DNA of 43,909 nt from a virus (taxonomy: Duplodnaviria; Heunggongvirae; Uroviricota; Caudoviricetes): the IMG/VR virus record IMGVR_UViG_2778261176_000017; one strand, given 5' to 3'. A program made the position numbers and the translations under genes. This document shows positions 18,693 through 27,001 of this stretch, piece after piece. Positions within the stretch are counted from its first letter, which is position 1. Each line of letters begins with the position of its first letter. The notes beneath the pieces were generated by a model. The model searched no databases and was not told the origin of the DNA. It saw only the letters and a list, made by a program, of their open reading frames with translations.

Positions 18693-19080
18693 ATTCCTTT
18701 CTCAGGACAAAAAAAGACACGAGCATACAGGAATACTCGTGGGACAACGTCCTTTAGATAGCAATTTGCGAGAGGGTGAAAAGTAGCGCGGTCGTCGGAT
18801 TAAGACCGCGGGACAAAGTCCATGAAGAATAATAAGTATTGGCCCCTTCTGGGGACATGTTCATACTACTAAGCTTCAGAAGTGGTTTAAATCATCAAAT
18901 TAACCTTAATTTTCGATAAGTCTTATTTCATTTCTTTGCGCCACACCTGGCGCGCATCAAATAACGCCACGCAAAGGGCATCTGCGGATGCCGGTGCTTT
19001 TGACGGGGTGTTTTTTACGGGCCGCTGGTGGCTATTTTTTGTTTCCATTACACAGCGCCCGCATCTGCGAGGTGGGGGTT

Positions 19081-19296
19081 ATGAAATCCATGGATAAGTT
19101 AACAACAGGTGTCGCCTATGGCACCTCCGCAGGCAGTGCTGGCTACTGGTTTTTACAGTTGCTCGATAGAGTCACGCCCTCACAGTGGGCAGCAATAGGT
19201 GTGCTGGGTAGTCTGGTGTTTGGCCTGTTGACGTATCTGACAAATCTTTATTTCAAGATTAAAGAAGATAAGCGTAAGGCTGCACGGGGAGAGTAA
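19081..19296 (+). CDS. Class II holin / pinholin, phage 21 S-like (71 aa, dual-start MKSM)
   Basis: Sequence [28 protein letters not shown]...[14 protein letters not shown] matches recalled S21 pinholin; two TMDs with charged C-terminus. Confidence 0.85.
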   Translation: MKSMDKLTTGVAYGTSAGSAGYWFLQLLDRVTPSQWAAIGVLGSLVFGLLTYLTNLYFKIKEDKRKAARGE

Positions 19297-19300
19297 TTCA

Positions 19301-19645
19301 ATGACTCAAAACTATGAACTGATTGTGAAAGGGATCCGCAATTTTGAGAATAAAGTTACGGTAACTTTAGCGTTACGGGACAAAAAACGCTTTGACGGTG
19401 AAATTTTAGACCTGGACATCTCGCTGGACCGTGTTGAAGGTGCCGCGCTGGAGTTTTATGAGGCAGCAGCCAGAAGGAGCATCAGACAGGTCTTCCTGGA
19501 TGTTGCTGCCGGGTTATGTGAAGGGGATGAGCAGTCACCGGAAAAGCGCCCCATAATTTTAGAGGCGCAGGGTGTGTGGATAACCTACAAAGGAAAACTG
19601 CCGGGAAGAATTACTGGTTCACTGAAGACTCCGCCGAAATGGTAA
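19301..19645 (+). CDS. Hypothetical protein (114 aa) inserted between holin and endolysin
   Basis: ATG 19301 lies 5 nt after the holin stop, with GGGAGAG RBS. No recognisable motif. Confidence 0.5.
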   Translation: MTQNYELIVKGIRNFENKVTVTLALRDKKRFDGEILDLDISLDRVEGAALEFYEAAARRSIRQVFLDVAAGLCEGDEQSPEKRPIILEAQGVWITYKGKLPGRITGSLKTPPKW

Positions 19646-19883
19646 TTTCACCAGCATATTTTTCTTCCAGTAATACCGCCAGCCACTTGAAAGAATTTTG
19701 TTGTTGCTGGGACCATTTGGGGTTGAGTGATTCAAGCTGGAGCGATGCCAGTGTTGGTTGCATTTGTTCCTTGGGAATTGAGAATGCCAGATATGAAAAT
19801 GCGACAGTAAGGGCATTTACATCATCCCGAAGCTTGGAAATGCAGTCGAGCAACTCCTGTAGAGAAATGGTGCTATTGTCCAT
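19611..19883 (-). CDS. Hypothetical protein (90 aa), convergent with and overlapping the preceding ORF
   Basis: ATG at 19883 with AGAGAGGA RBS 6 nt upstream on the minus strand. The 3' end overlaps the plus-strand ORF by 35 nt. Confidence 0.4.
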   Translation of the reverse strand: MDNSTISLQELLDCISKLRDDVNALTVAFSYLAFSIPKEQMQPTLASLQLESLNPKWSQQQQNSFKWLAVLLEEKYAGEITISAESSVNQ

Positions 19884-19988
19884 AAACAATCCTCTCTATT
19901 GTATTTAACTATTCCTTGCCTGATTCAACAGGCCGGGACAGATAAACATATCCAGGGTTCAGAAACCGATAAATCCTGATAAATATCC

Positions 19989-20522
19989 ATGAACGCAAAA
20001 ATCAGATACGGCCTGTCGGCTGCCGTTCTGGCACTGATTGCCGTCGGTGCGCCTGCGCCTGATATTCTCGACCAGTTTCTGGATGAAAAAGAAGGTAACC
20101 ACACAACGGCATACCGCGATGGTTCCGGTATATGGACCATCTGTCGTGGTGCCACAATGGTGGATGGTAAGCCCGTCATACCGGGAATGAGGCTGTCGAA
20201 GGAAAAATGCGACCAGGTTAACGCTATTGAACGTGATAAGGCGCTGGCATGGGTGGAGCGCAATATTAAAGTACCACTGACCGAACCACAGAAAGCGGGT
20301 ATAGCGTCATTTTGTCCCTATAACATTGGCCCCGGTAAGTGTTTCCCGTCGACGTTTTATAAGCGGCTGAATGCCGGTGATCGTAAGGGTGCATGCGAGG
20401 CGATTCGCTGGTGGATAAAAGATGGTGGGCGCGATTGCCGCATACGTTCAAATAACTGCTATGGACAGGTTATTCGTCGTGACCAGGAAAGCGCATTAGC
20501 CTGTTGGGGGATAGATCAGTGA
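19989..20522 (+). CDS. SAR endolysin, T4-lysozyme-like muramidase (177 aa)
   Basis: N-terminal signal-anchor-release segment [18 protein letters not shown] followed by a lysozyme catalytic region (E...D...T within [24 protein letters not shown]). Partner of the pinholin. Confidence 0.85.
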   Translation: MNAKIRYGLSAAVLALIAVGAPAPDILDQFLDEKEGNHTTAYRDGSGIWTICRGATMVDGKPVIPGMRLSKEKCDQVNAIERDKALAWVERNIKVPLTEPQKAGIASFCPYNIGPGKCFPSTFYKRLNAGDRKGACEAIRWWIKDGGRDCRIRSNNCYGQVIRRDQESALACWGIDQ

Positions 20523-20983
20523 GCAGAGTCGCCGCGATTATTTATGCTCTGGTTATCTGCATCATCGTCTGCCTGTCATGGGCTGTTAATCATTACCGTG
20601 ATAACGCCACCGCCTACAAAGAGCAGCGCGACAAAAATGCCAGAGAACTGAAGCTGGCGAACGCGGCAATTACTGACATGCAGATGCGTCAGCGTGATGT
20701 TGCTGCGCTCGATGCAAAATACACGAAGGAGTTAGCTGATGCGAAAGCTGAAAATGATGCTCTGCGTGATGATGTTGCCGCTGGTCGTCGTCGGTTGCAC
20801 ATCAAAGCAGTCTGTCAGTCAGTGCGTGAAGCCACCACCGCCTCCGGCGTGGATAATGCAGCCTCCCCCCGACTGGCAGACACCGCTGAACGGGATTATT
20901 TCACCCTCCGGGAACGACTGGTAATGATGCAGGCCCAACTTGAAGGTGCTCAGCAATACATAACCGAACAGTGTTTAAAGTAA
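20519..20983 (+). CDS. Spanin inner-membrane subunit Rz (154 aa, GTG start overlapping the endolysin stop)
   Basis: Sequence [29 protein letters not shown]...[15 protein letters not shown] matches recalled lambda Rz. Confidence 0.85.
   Translation: MSRVAAIIYALVICIIVCLSWAVNHYRDNATAYKEQRDKNARELKLANAAITDMQMRQRDVAALDAKYTKELADAKAENDALRDDVAAGRRRLHIKAVCQSVREATTASGVDNAASPRLADTAERDYFTLRERLVMMQAQLEGAQQYITEQCLK
20739..20924 (+). CDS. Spanin outer-membrane lipoprotein Rz1 (61 aa), embedded in the +1 frame of Rz
   Basis: Lipobox LVVVGC followed by a Pro-rich segment ([17 protein letters not shown]); wholly inside Rz. Confidence 0.8.
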   Translation: MRKLKMMLCVMMLPLVVVGCTSKQSVSQCVKPPPPPAWIMQPPPDWQTPLNGIISPSGNDW

Positions 20984-21120
20984 AATCTTAACTACAATAT
21001 GATTCATTTTGATGATTGTTTCATAAGGAACAGTGAAGTAAGATCTAAGAGGAGTTAAATTTTATACAGTATAATCATAATATTGCAGCAAGGTGGTTAT
21101 AATTGAAAGAATATTTAGAT

Positions 21121-22578
21121 ATGAATACATCTCATGTAAGAGTTGTTACTCATATGTGTGGGTTCCTGGTTTGGCTCTATAGTCTTTCAATGTTGCCACC
21201 AATGGTTGTAGCATTGTTTTATAAAGAAAAAAGCCTGTTCGTTTTCTTTATAACTTTCGTTATATTTTTTTGCATTGGTGGCGGAGCGTGGTATACAACT
21301 AAGAAATCTGGCATTCAATTACGTACCCGTGATGGATTTATTATAATTGTAATGTTTTGGATTTTGTTTTCTGTTATTAGTGCATTCCCTTTATGGATTG
21401 ACTCAGAACTTAATTTAACGTTCATTGATGCTCTGTTTGAAGGGGTTTCTGGAATAACAACAACAGGAGCAACTGTAATTGATGATGTTAGTTCATTACC
21501 TCGGGCATATTTGTACTATCGGTCACAGTTAAATTTTATAGGTGGTTTAGGAGTTATTGTTCTGGCGGTTGCTGTATTGCCATTATTGGGTATTGGTGGT
21601 GCAAAGCTTTATCAGTCAGAAATGCCGGGGCCATTTAAGGATGACAAACTCACTCCCCGCCTGGCCGATACGTCACGGACACTGTGGATAACTTATTCTT
21701 TATTAGGTATTGCTTGTATTGTCTGTTATAGACTTGCAGGAATGCCTTTGTTTGATGCTATTTGTCACGGGATTTCCACAGTTTCGCTTGGTGGTTTCTC
21801 AACTCATAGCGAGAGTATCGGATATTTTAATAACTATTTGGTTGAGCTGGTGGCTGGTTCTTTTTCCCTGCTATCGGCTTTCAACTTCACTCTTTGGTAT
21901 ATTGTTATTAGCAGGAAAACGATAAAACCTTTAATCAGAGATATTGAACTTCGTTTCTTTCTGTTAATAGCCTTAGGGGTGATCATTGTTACCTCTTTCC
22001 AGGTCTGGCATATAGGTATGTATGACTTGCATGGAAGTTTTATTCATTCGTTTTTTCTTGCCAGCTCCATGCTCACTGATAATGGTTTAGCTACGCAGGA
22101 TTATGCAAGCTGGCCCACGCACACGATAGTGTTTTTGCTGTTGTCAAGTTTCTTTGGGGGATGTATAGGTTCAACTTGTGGTGGAATTAAGTCACTTCGA
22201 TTTCTTATACTTTTCAAACAAAGCAAACACGAGATAAATCAGCTTTCTCATCCCAGAGCGTTGTTGAGTGTAAATGTAGGAGGGAAGATAGTTACAGATC
22301 GTGTAATGAGGTCTGTATGGAGTTTCTTTTTTCTTTATACTCTCTTCACGGTGTTTTTTATACTGGTGTTAAATGGTATGGGATATGATTTTCTTACATC
22401 ATTTGCAACAGTGGCTGCATGTATTAATAATATGGGATTAGGTTTTGGGGCTACTGCATCGTCATTCGGAGTGCTTAATGACATTGCAAAATATTTAATG
22501 TGCATAGCTATGATTCTTGGTCGCCTTGAAATTTATCCTGTTATTATATTGTTTTCAGGTTTTTTTTGGCGCTCCTAA
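21121..22578 (+). CDS. trkG: Potassium uptake protein TrkG (485 aa, polytopic membrane protein)
   Basis: ATG at 21121; AT-rich, hydrophobic ORF matching recalled Rac-encoded TrkG. Confidence 0.9.
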   Translation: MNTSHVRVVTHMCGFLVWLYSLSMLPPMVVALFYKEKSLFVFFITFVIFFCIGGGAWYTTKKSGIQLRTRDGFIIIVMFWILFSVISAFPLWIDSELNLTFIDALFEGVSGITTTGATVIDDVSSLPRAYLYYRSQLNFIGGLGVIVLAVAVLPLLGIGGAKLYQSEMPGPFKDDKLTPRLADTSRTLWITYSLLGIACIVCYRLAGMPLFDAICHGISTVSLGGFSTHSESIGYFNNYLVELVAGSFSLLSAFNFTLWYIVISRKTIKPLIRDIELRFFLLIALGVIIVTSFQVWHIGMYDLHGSFIHSFFLASSMLTDNGLATQDYASWPTHTIVFLLLSSFFGGCIGSTCGGIKSLRFLILFKQSKHEINQLSHPRALLSVNVGGKIVTDRVMRSVWSFFFLYTLFTVFFILVLNGMGYDFLTSFATVAACINNMGLGFGATASSFGVLNDIAKYLMCIAMILGRLEIYPVIILFSGFFWRS

Positions 22579-22715
22579 TATATGGCTGATTTATAATTGT
22601 GAGTTTAATATTATGTTGACTCACTCATTGATCCAATACCTAACTTTACCAGCAACACCTCCGCCCCCAGTAGCACTGGCTGCTGGGGTGCGTTTTATTC
22701 ATAAAGCAAGGATGT

Positions 22716-23507
22716 ATGAGCGAGAAATTAAAGATAGTCTATCGCCCATTACAAGAATTGTCACCGTATGCGCACAACGCCAGGACGCACAGCCCTGAGC
22801 AGGTGGCACAACTGGTAGAAAGTATTAAGCAATTCGGCTGGACTAATCCGGTGCTGATTGACGAAAAGGGCGAAATTATTGCGGGTCACGGTCGTGTTAT
22901 GGCGGCTGAAATGCTCAAAATGGATTCTGTTCCGGTCATTGTTCTGTCTGGCCTGACGGATGAGCAGAAAAAGGCGTACCGCCTCGCAGATAATCGCCTG
23001 CCGATGAATGCTGGCTGGGATGAAGATCTGTTGCGGATGGAGCTGTCGGACCTAATCAATGCTGATTTTGATGTCTCCCTGACAGGCTTCATCCCGACAG
23101 AAATTGATGAACTGTTGACGGATGTTTTGCCCGGTACAGGAAATGAGGAGGAGCCGTATACGACGAAAATTGATACGCCTGTTTATGAGCCGTCGGACGG
23201 TAAACCGGATATCAGTGAACTGTACGACGATACGAAAACTCAGGAGCTGATCAGCCGGATACGTTCGGCGTCCCTTGATCCTGATATTGAGAAATTCCTC
23301 CTGTGTGCGGCAGAACGTCACACAGTGTTTAATTTCAGCAGAATTGCGGACTATTACGCTCATGCCCCCGCTGAAATTCAGTGCCTTTTCGAGGAGTCGG
23401 CGCTGGTGATCATTGATTATCAGCAGGCTATTGAAAATGGATTTGTCCGAATGACGCAGCGCATGGTGGAGATCATGCATGGTGGTGAGGAGGAGGAATA
23501 TGCGTGA
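22716..23507 (+). CDS. ParB-like (ParB/Srx fold) nuclease-domain protein (263 aa)
   Basis: N-terminal ParB N-domain signature (VYRPLQELSPYAHNARTH ... GHGR) with an acidic C-terminus. Lies upstream of the terminase genes. Confidence 0.7.
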   Translation: MSEKLKIVYRPLQELSPYAHNARTHSPEQVAQLVESIKQFGWTNPVLIDEKGEIIAGHGRVMAAEMLKMDSVPVIVLSGLTDEQKKAYRLADNRLPMNAGWDEDLLRMELSDLINADFDVSLTGFIPTEIDELLTDVLPGTGNEEEPYTTKIDTPVYEPSDGKPDISELYDDTKTQELISRIRSASLDPDIEKFLLCAAERHTVFNFSRIADYYAHAPAEIQCLFEESALVIIDYQQAIENGFVRMTQRMVEIMHGGEEEEYA

Positions 23508-24432
23508 TGATTTTTGCGCCTTTATTCTGACTCACGGGCGACCGGACAAAGTTCTGACTTACCGGACGTTGCGTCGTGCTGGCTATACCGGGAAAATTTT
23601 TATCGTTGTTGATGATGAAGATAAGACACGGCATCAGTACATGGCTGAATTTGGTGAACAGGTGCTGGTATTTTCCAAAGCCGATATTGCCAGTCGTTTT
23701 GACGAAGCCGATAATTTTGGTGACCGCCGCTCAATTTTTTACGCCCGTAATGCCTGTTTCGACCTGGCAAAACTGGTCGGGTGTAAATACTTCATTCAGC
23801 TCGATGATGATTATCACGAGTTCCAGTTTCGGGTGGATCGCAACTATGACCAGGCCTATTTCCCGATAAGGAAACTGGATGCGATCCTTTCTGAAATGCT
23901 GGCGTATTACGAATCAATACCCGCGCTTTCCATCGCTATGTCGCAGGGCGGGGATTTTCTTGGTGACAATGGCGGCCATGCTTCGTGGGTGAAACGCAAG
24001 GCAATGAACAGCTTTATCTGTTCGGTTGATCGACCGTTCTCATTCATGGGGCGCATTAACGAGGATGTGAATACGTACACGAATCTCGGTCGCTGTGGTG
24101 AATTGTTTATGACGATCGGTGCTGTCCAGTTAGGGCAGAAACAGACGCAGAAAAACAGCGGCGGAATGACCGAGCTGTATCTGGACTCCGGAACCTACGT
24201 TAAAAGTTTTTACTCCGTCATGTATTCGCCGTCGTGCGTAAAAATCTCACTGATGGGTGCCAGCCATAAACGCATTCACCATCAGGTCACCTGGAACAAC
24301 GCTGCAGTAAAAATCCTTCACGAAAAATACAGGAAGAAGACACCCTGCATATCAATGGGGGTGACAAATGATTCCGTATTCGAAAGTCGAGTCTCTGGCA
24401 GCGTGCCGGATGACTGCACAACAAATCGCTGA
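23500..24432 (+). CDS. Hypothetical protein (310 aa) with GT-A-like glycosyltransferase signature
   Basis: ATG 23500 overlaps the ParB-like stop (ATGCGTGATGA), with AGGAGG just upstream. N-terminal FILTHGRPD strand and IQLDDDY (DXD-like) about 90 residues later. The track ORF starts at 23479. Confidence 0.5.
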   Translation: MRDDFCAFILTHGRPDKVLTYRTLRRAGYTGKIFIVVDDEDKTRHQYMAEFGEQVLVFSKADIASRFDEADNFGDRRSIFYARNACFDLAKLVGCKYFIQLDDDYHEFQFRVDRNYDQAYFPIRKLDAILSEMLAYYESIPALSIAMSQGGDFLGDNGGHASWVKRKAMNSFICSVDRPFSFMGRINEDVNTYTNLGRCGELFMTIGAVQLGQKQTQKNSGGMTELYLDSGTYVKSFYSVMYSPSCVKISLMGASHKRIHHQVTWNNAAVKILHEKYRKKTPCISMGVTNDSVFESRVSGSVPDDCTTNR

Positions 24433-24619
24433 CGTTCTGGATGTTGATCTGAACCGACTGAAAGAAAATCGGGAAGCAATGACAGATTTTTATGCGGCCA
24501 TCCGTAAGGGCAGAGCGAAAGGTGAAGCCGAGTTACGAGCGGCATTGTTTAAGCTTGCCAGAAAAGGGGATGCCTTTGCTCTGCGCGAACTACTCAGGGT
24601 GGATAAAAATCAGGACTAA
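24368..24619 (+). CDS. Hypothetical small protein (83 aa), possible HTH
   Basis: GGGGG RBS before ATG 24368; overlaps the end of the previous gene; ends 3 nt before terS. Confidence 0.4.
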   Translation: MIPYSKVESLAACRMTAQQIADVLDVDLNRLKENREAMTDFYAAIRKGRAKGEAELRAALFKLARKGDAFALRELLRVDKNQD

Positions 24620-24622
24620 CTG

Positions 24623-25717
24623 ATGAGCAGACCGGACTGGGGGGCGTTGCAGCAGGAGTATATTGCTGAATACACCCGCTCCGGTATATCTCCGGTGGCA
24701 TGGTGTGAAGCAAGGGGACTGAACTACGCAACAGCCCGTCGTTACATCAAAAAAACTCCGAAAAATGCGCAGAAAGAAATGCGCAAAACTGCGCAAAAAA
24801 GTGCGCGAAAAAAAACTGCGCAGACTGCGCAAAGGCAGAACGGAAAATCTCAGGAAAAAAAGCCAGTATTCGATGCGGGCCTGAATGAGGGCGACGCGGA
24901 GGAATTTTCGTTCTGTCCCGATGAATTCGGCATTTCTGACCAGCAGGCTAAGTTTGCGATGCTTGTTGCTCAGGGTAAAAAGCCGACAGAGGCGTACCGA
25001 CTAGCCGGTTATGAGGGGCAAGGTGCGACAGCTAACAGCAACGCCAGTCGTATGCTTAGAAATGCCAGGGTTTATCGTGCTATCAGCTACTTCCGCAATC
25101 AGTACCAGAAACGCTATACCGCAGACCTGGATTTACTGGTGAGCCAGTTGATGGCCATTGTCCAGGCCGACCCCAATCAGTTGGCACAATTTCGCCGTGT
25201 TAACTGCCGTTATTGCTGGGGCGAGAATCATCTCTACCAGTGGCGTGATATTGCAGAATTCGATAAGGCTGCGGCACAGGCCTCCAGAGATGGTAAACCC
25301 GAGCCGGAATATGGAGGCCTCGGCTTTGTTGATAACGCCATACCCAATCCGGATTGCCCGAAGTGCTGCGGTGAGGGAACGGGACAGCTTTATATGGCTG
25401 ATACCACACTGCTTGATGGGGATGCGCGGCAATTATATGCAGGGTCAAAGCTCGGAAAATACGGTGTTGAGATCCTGCTGGAGGATAAGGCTGCCGCCCG
25501 GCGTGAATTGTTGCGTTTGCTTTCTGCTGGCGGGGCATTATGTGCAGATAAGCGGCTACAGGAACTGGAAATTGAACGGCGCAGAATAGAAAACCAGAAG
25601 CTGCGCAAAGAGATCGAAACGGTGGAGGATAATGAACATCCCCAGCCTGTGGCGATCAATATTAATGTGGTTGATGCCAGATTAAGGAGTGATGAAGATG
25701 ATCTCTCCGACGCTTAA
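24623..25717 (+). CDS. Terminase small subunit (364 aa) with C-terminal Cys-rich extension
   Basis: Central region AYRLAGYEG...ANSNASRMLRNARV is typical of phage small terminases. Basic N-terminal linker; CxxC...CxxCC further downstream. Immediately precedes the large terminase. Confidence 0.7.
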   Translation: MSRPDWGALQQEYIAEYTRSGISPVAWCEARGLNYATARRYIKKTPKNAQKEMRKTAQKSARKKTAQTAQRQNGKSQEKKPVFDAGLNEGDAEEFSFCPDEFGISDQQAKFAMLVAQGKKPTEAYRLAGYEGQGATANSNASRMLRNARVYRAISYFRNQYQKRYTADLDLLVSQLMAIVQADPNQLAQFRRVNCRYCWGENHLYQWRDIAEFDKAAAQASRDGKPEPEYGGLGFVDNAIPNPDCPKCCGEGTGQLYMADTTLLDGDARQLYAGSKLGKYGVEILLEDKAAARRELLRLLSAGGALCADKRLQELEIERRRIENQKLRKEIETVEDNEHPQPVAININVVDARLRSDEDDLSDA

Positions 25718-26999
25718 TGTGCCTCAGGCGCGATTTCTTTCAATGCCCCATAAATTTAAAGCCTATATTGCTGGTTTTGGCTCGGGCAAAACATGGGTTG
25801 GGTGTGGCGGCATATGCAAGGGGATTTGGGAGCATCCAGGTATAAATCAGGGATATTTTGCGCCAACGTATCCCCAAATTCGCGATATTTTTTACCCTAC
25901 AGTTGAAGAAGTTGCTGCTGACTGGGGATTGAACGTAAAAATTAATGAGGGAAATAAAGAGGTTCACTTTTATTACGGACGCCAGTATCGGGGAACCACT
26001 ATCTGCAGATCGATGGAGAAGCCACAAACGATCGTCGGTTTCAAAATTGGTAATGCGCTGGTGGATGAACTGGACATTTTGCCGAAGGAAAAAGCCAGAA
26101 CGGCGTGGCGCAAGATAATTGCGCGTATGCGTTATAAGATTGATGGACTTCGCAACGGTATTGACGTTACAACCACGCCGGAAGGATTCAAATTTGTCTA
26201 CGAGCAGTTTGTTAAAGCCGTGCGTGAAAAAACAGAGCTGGCCTCACTGTATGGTCTGGTGCAGGCATCTACTTTCGATAATGAAAAGAACCTGCCAGCA
26301 GATTACATTCCTTCACTTCTTGAATCATACCCTCCAGAGCTGATTAAAGCCTATCTTCTAGGACGGTTTACTAACCTGACAAGTGGTACTGTTTACCATC
26401 AGTTTTACCGGAAACTGAATAATTGCGAAGAAGTGGAGCAGCCAGGGGAGCCGATTTATATTGGGATGGATTTTAACGTTGGAAAGATGGCGGGAATCGT
26501 CCATGTGCTGCGTTTGGGGCTTCCATGTGCGGTAACTGAAATCATCAATGCCTACGATACGCCGGATATGATCCGCCTCATTAAAGAACGCTTCTGGCTG
26601 TATGACGGGCATGATTACCAGAAAGTGAGGGAGATTTATATTTATCCAGATGCTTCCGGAGATTCCAGAAAATCAAGTAACGCAAGTACGACGGATATAG
26701 CCCAGCTTAAGCAGGCAGGTTTTAACGTTGTGGTGAACAGCTCGAACCCGCCAGTAAAAGATCGCGTTAACTCAATGAATGCAATGTTCTGCAATGCCAA
26801 TGGTGAGCGTCGCTATAAAGTTAATGTGAAGCGTTGTCCGGTATATGCCGAATCTCTGGAGCAACAGGTCTGGGATGATAAGGGGGAGCCTGATAAAAAA
26901 TCTGGCAATGATCACCCGAATGATGCCGGAGGTTATTTCATCGTTAAGCAATTCCCTATTGTCAAACCGACCGGAAGAGTCACATCACTTCGGATTTAA
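25698..26999 (+). CDS. Terminase large subunit (433 aa from ATG 25698; alternative ATG 25692)
   Basis: Walker A AGFGSGKTW near the N-terminus. AGGAG (25685..25689) sits 8 nt before ATG 25698. Start overlaps the terS end. Confidence 0.85.
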   Translation: MISPTLNVPQARFLSMPHKFKAYIAGFGSGKTWVGCGGICKGIWEHPGINQGYFAPTYPQIRDIFYPTVEEVAADWGLNVKINEGNKEVHFYYGRQYRGTTICRSMEKPQTIVGFKIGNALVDELDILPKEKARTAWRKIIARMRYKIDGLRNGIDVTTTPEGFKFVYEQFVKAVREKTELASLYGLVQASTFDNEKNLPADYIPSLLESYPPELIKAYLLGRFTNLTSGTVYHQFYRKLNNCEEVEQPGEPIYIGMDFNVGKMAGIVHVLRLGLPCAVTEIINAYDTPDMIRLIKERFWLYDGHDYQKVREIYIYPDASGDSRKSSNASTTDIAQLKQAGFNVVVNSSNPPVKDRVNSMNAMFCNANGERRYKVNVKRCPVYAESLEQQVWDDKGEPDKKSGNDHPNDAGGYFIVKQFPIVKPTGRVTSLRI

Positions 27000-27001
27000 T
27001 T

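Noticed and set aside
18693-19080. Possible toxin or virulence cargo in the Q-to-holin interval (the position of stx in Stx phages)
   Set aside because: No ORF of adequate length on either strand; only hairpins and the tRNA pair are present.
19576-19908. 110-aa plus-strand ORF overlapping both inserted lysis-cassette ORFs
   Set aside because: No Shine-Dalgarno and it overlaps two better-supported ORFs; likely spurious, though not experimentally excluded.
21710-21925. 71-aa ORF inside trkG in another frame
   Set aside because: Fully embedded within the TrkG coding sequence; no RBS.
24766-24831. TGCGCA repeat cluster as a possible CRISPR-like or tandem repeat array
   Set aside because: The repeats are 6 bp, irregularly spaced and inside a coding region. 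That fits a protein-binding (pac-like) site, not a CRISPR array.
25133-25659. Several 90-140 aa ORFs on both strands inside the terS region
   Set aside because: They overlap the terS reading frame, which shows small-terminase motifs; Arg/Pro-rich low-complexity translations.
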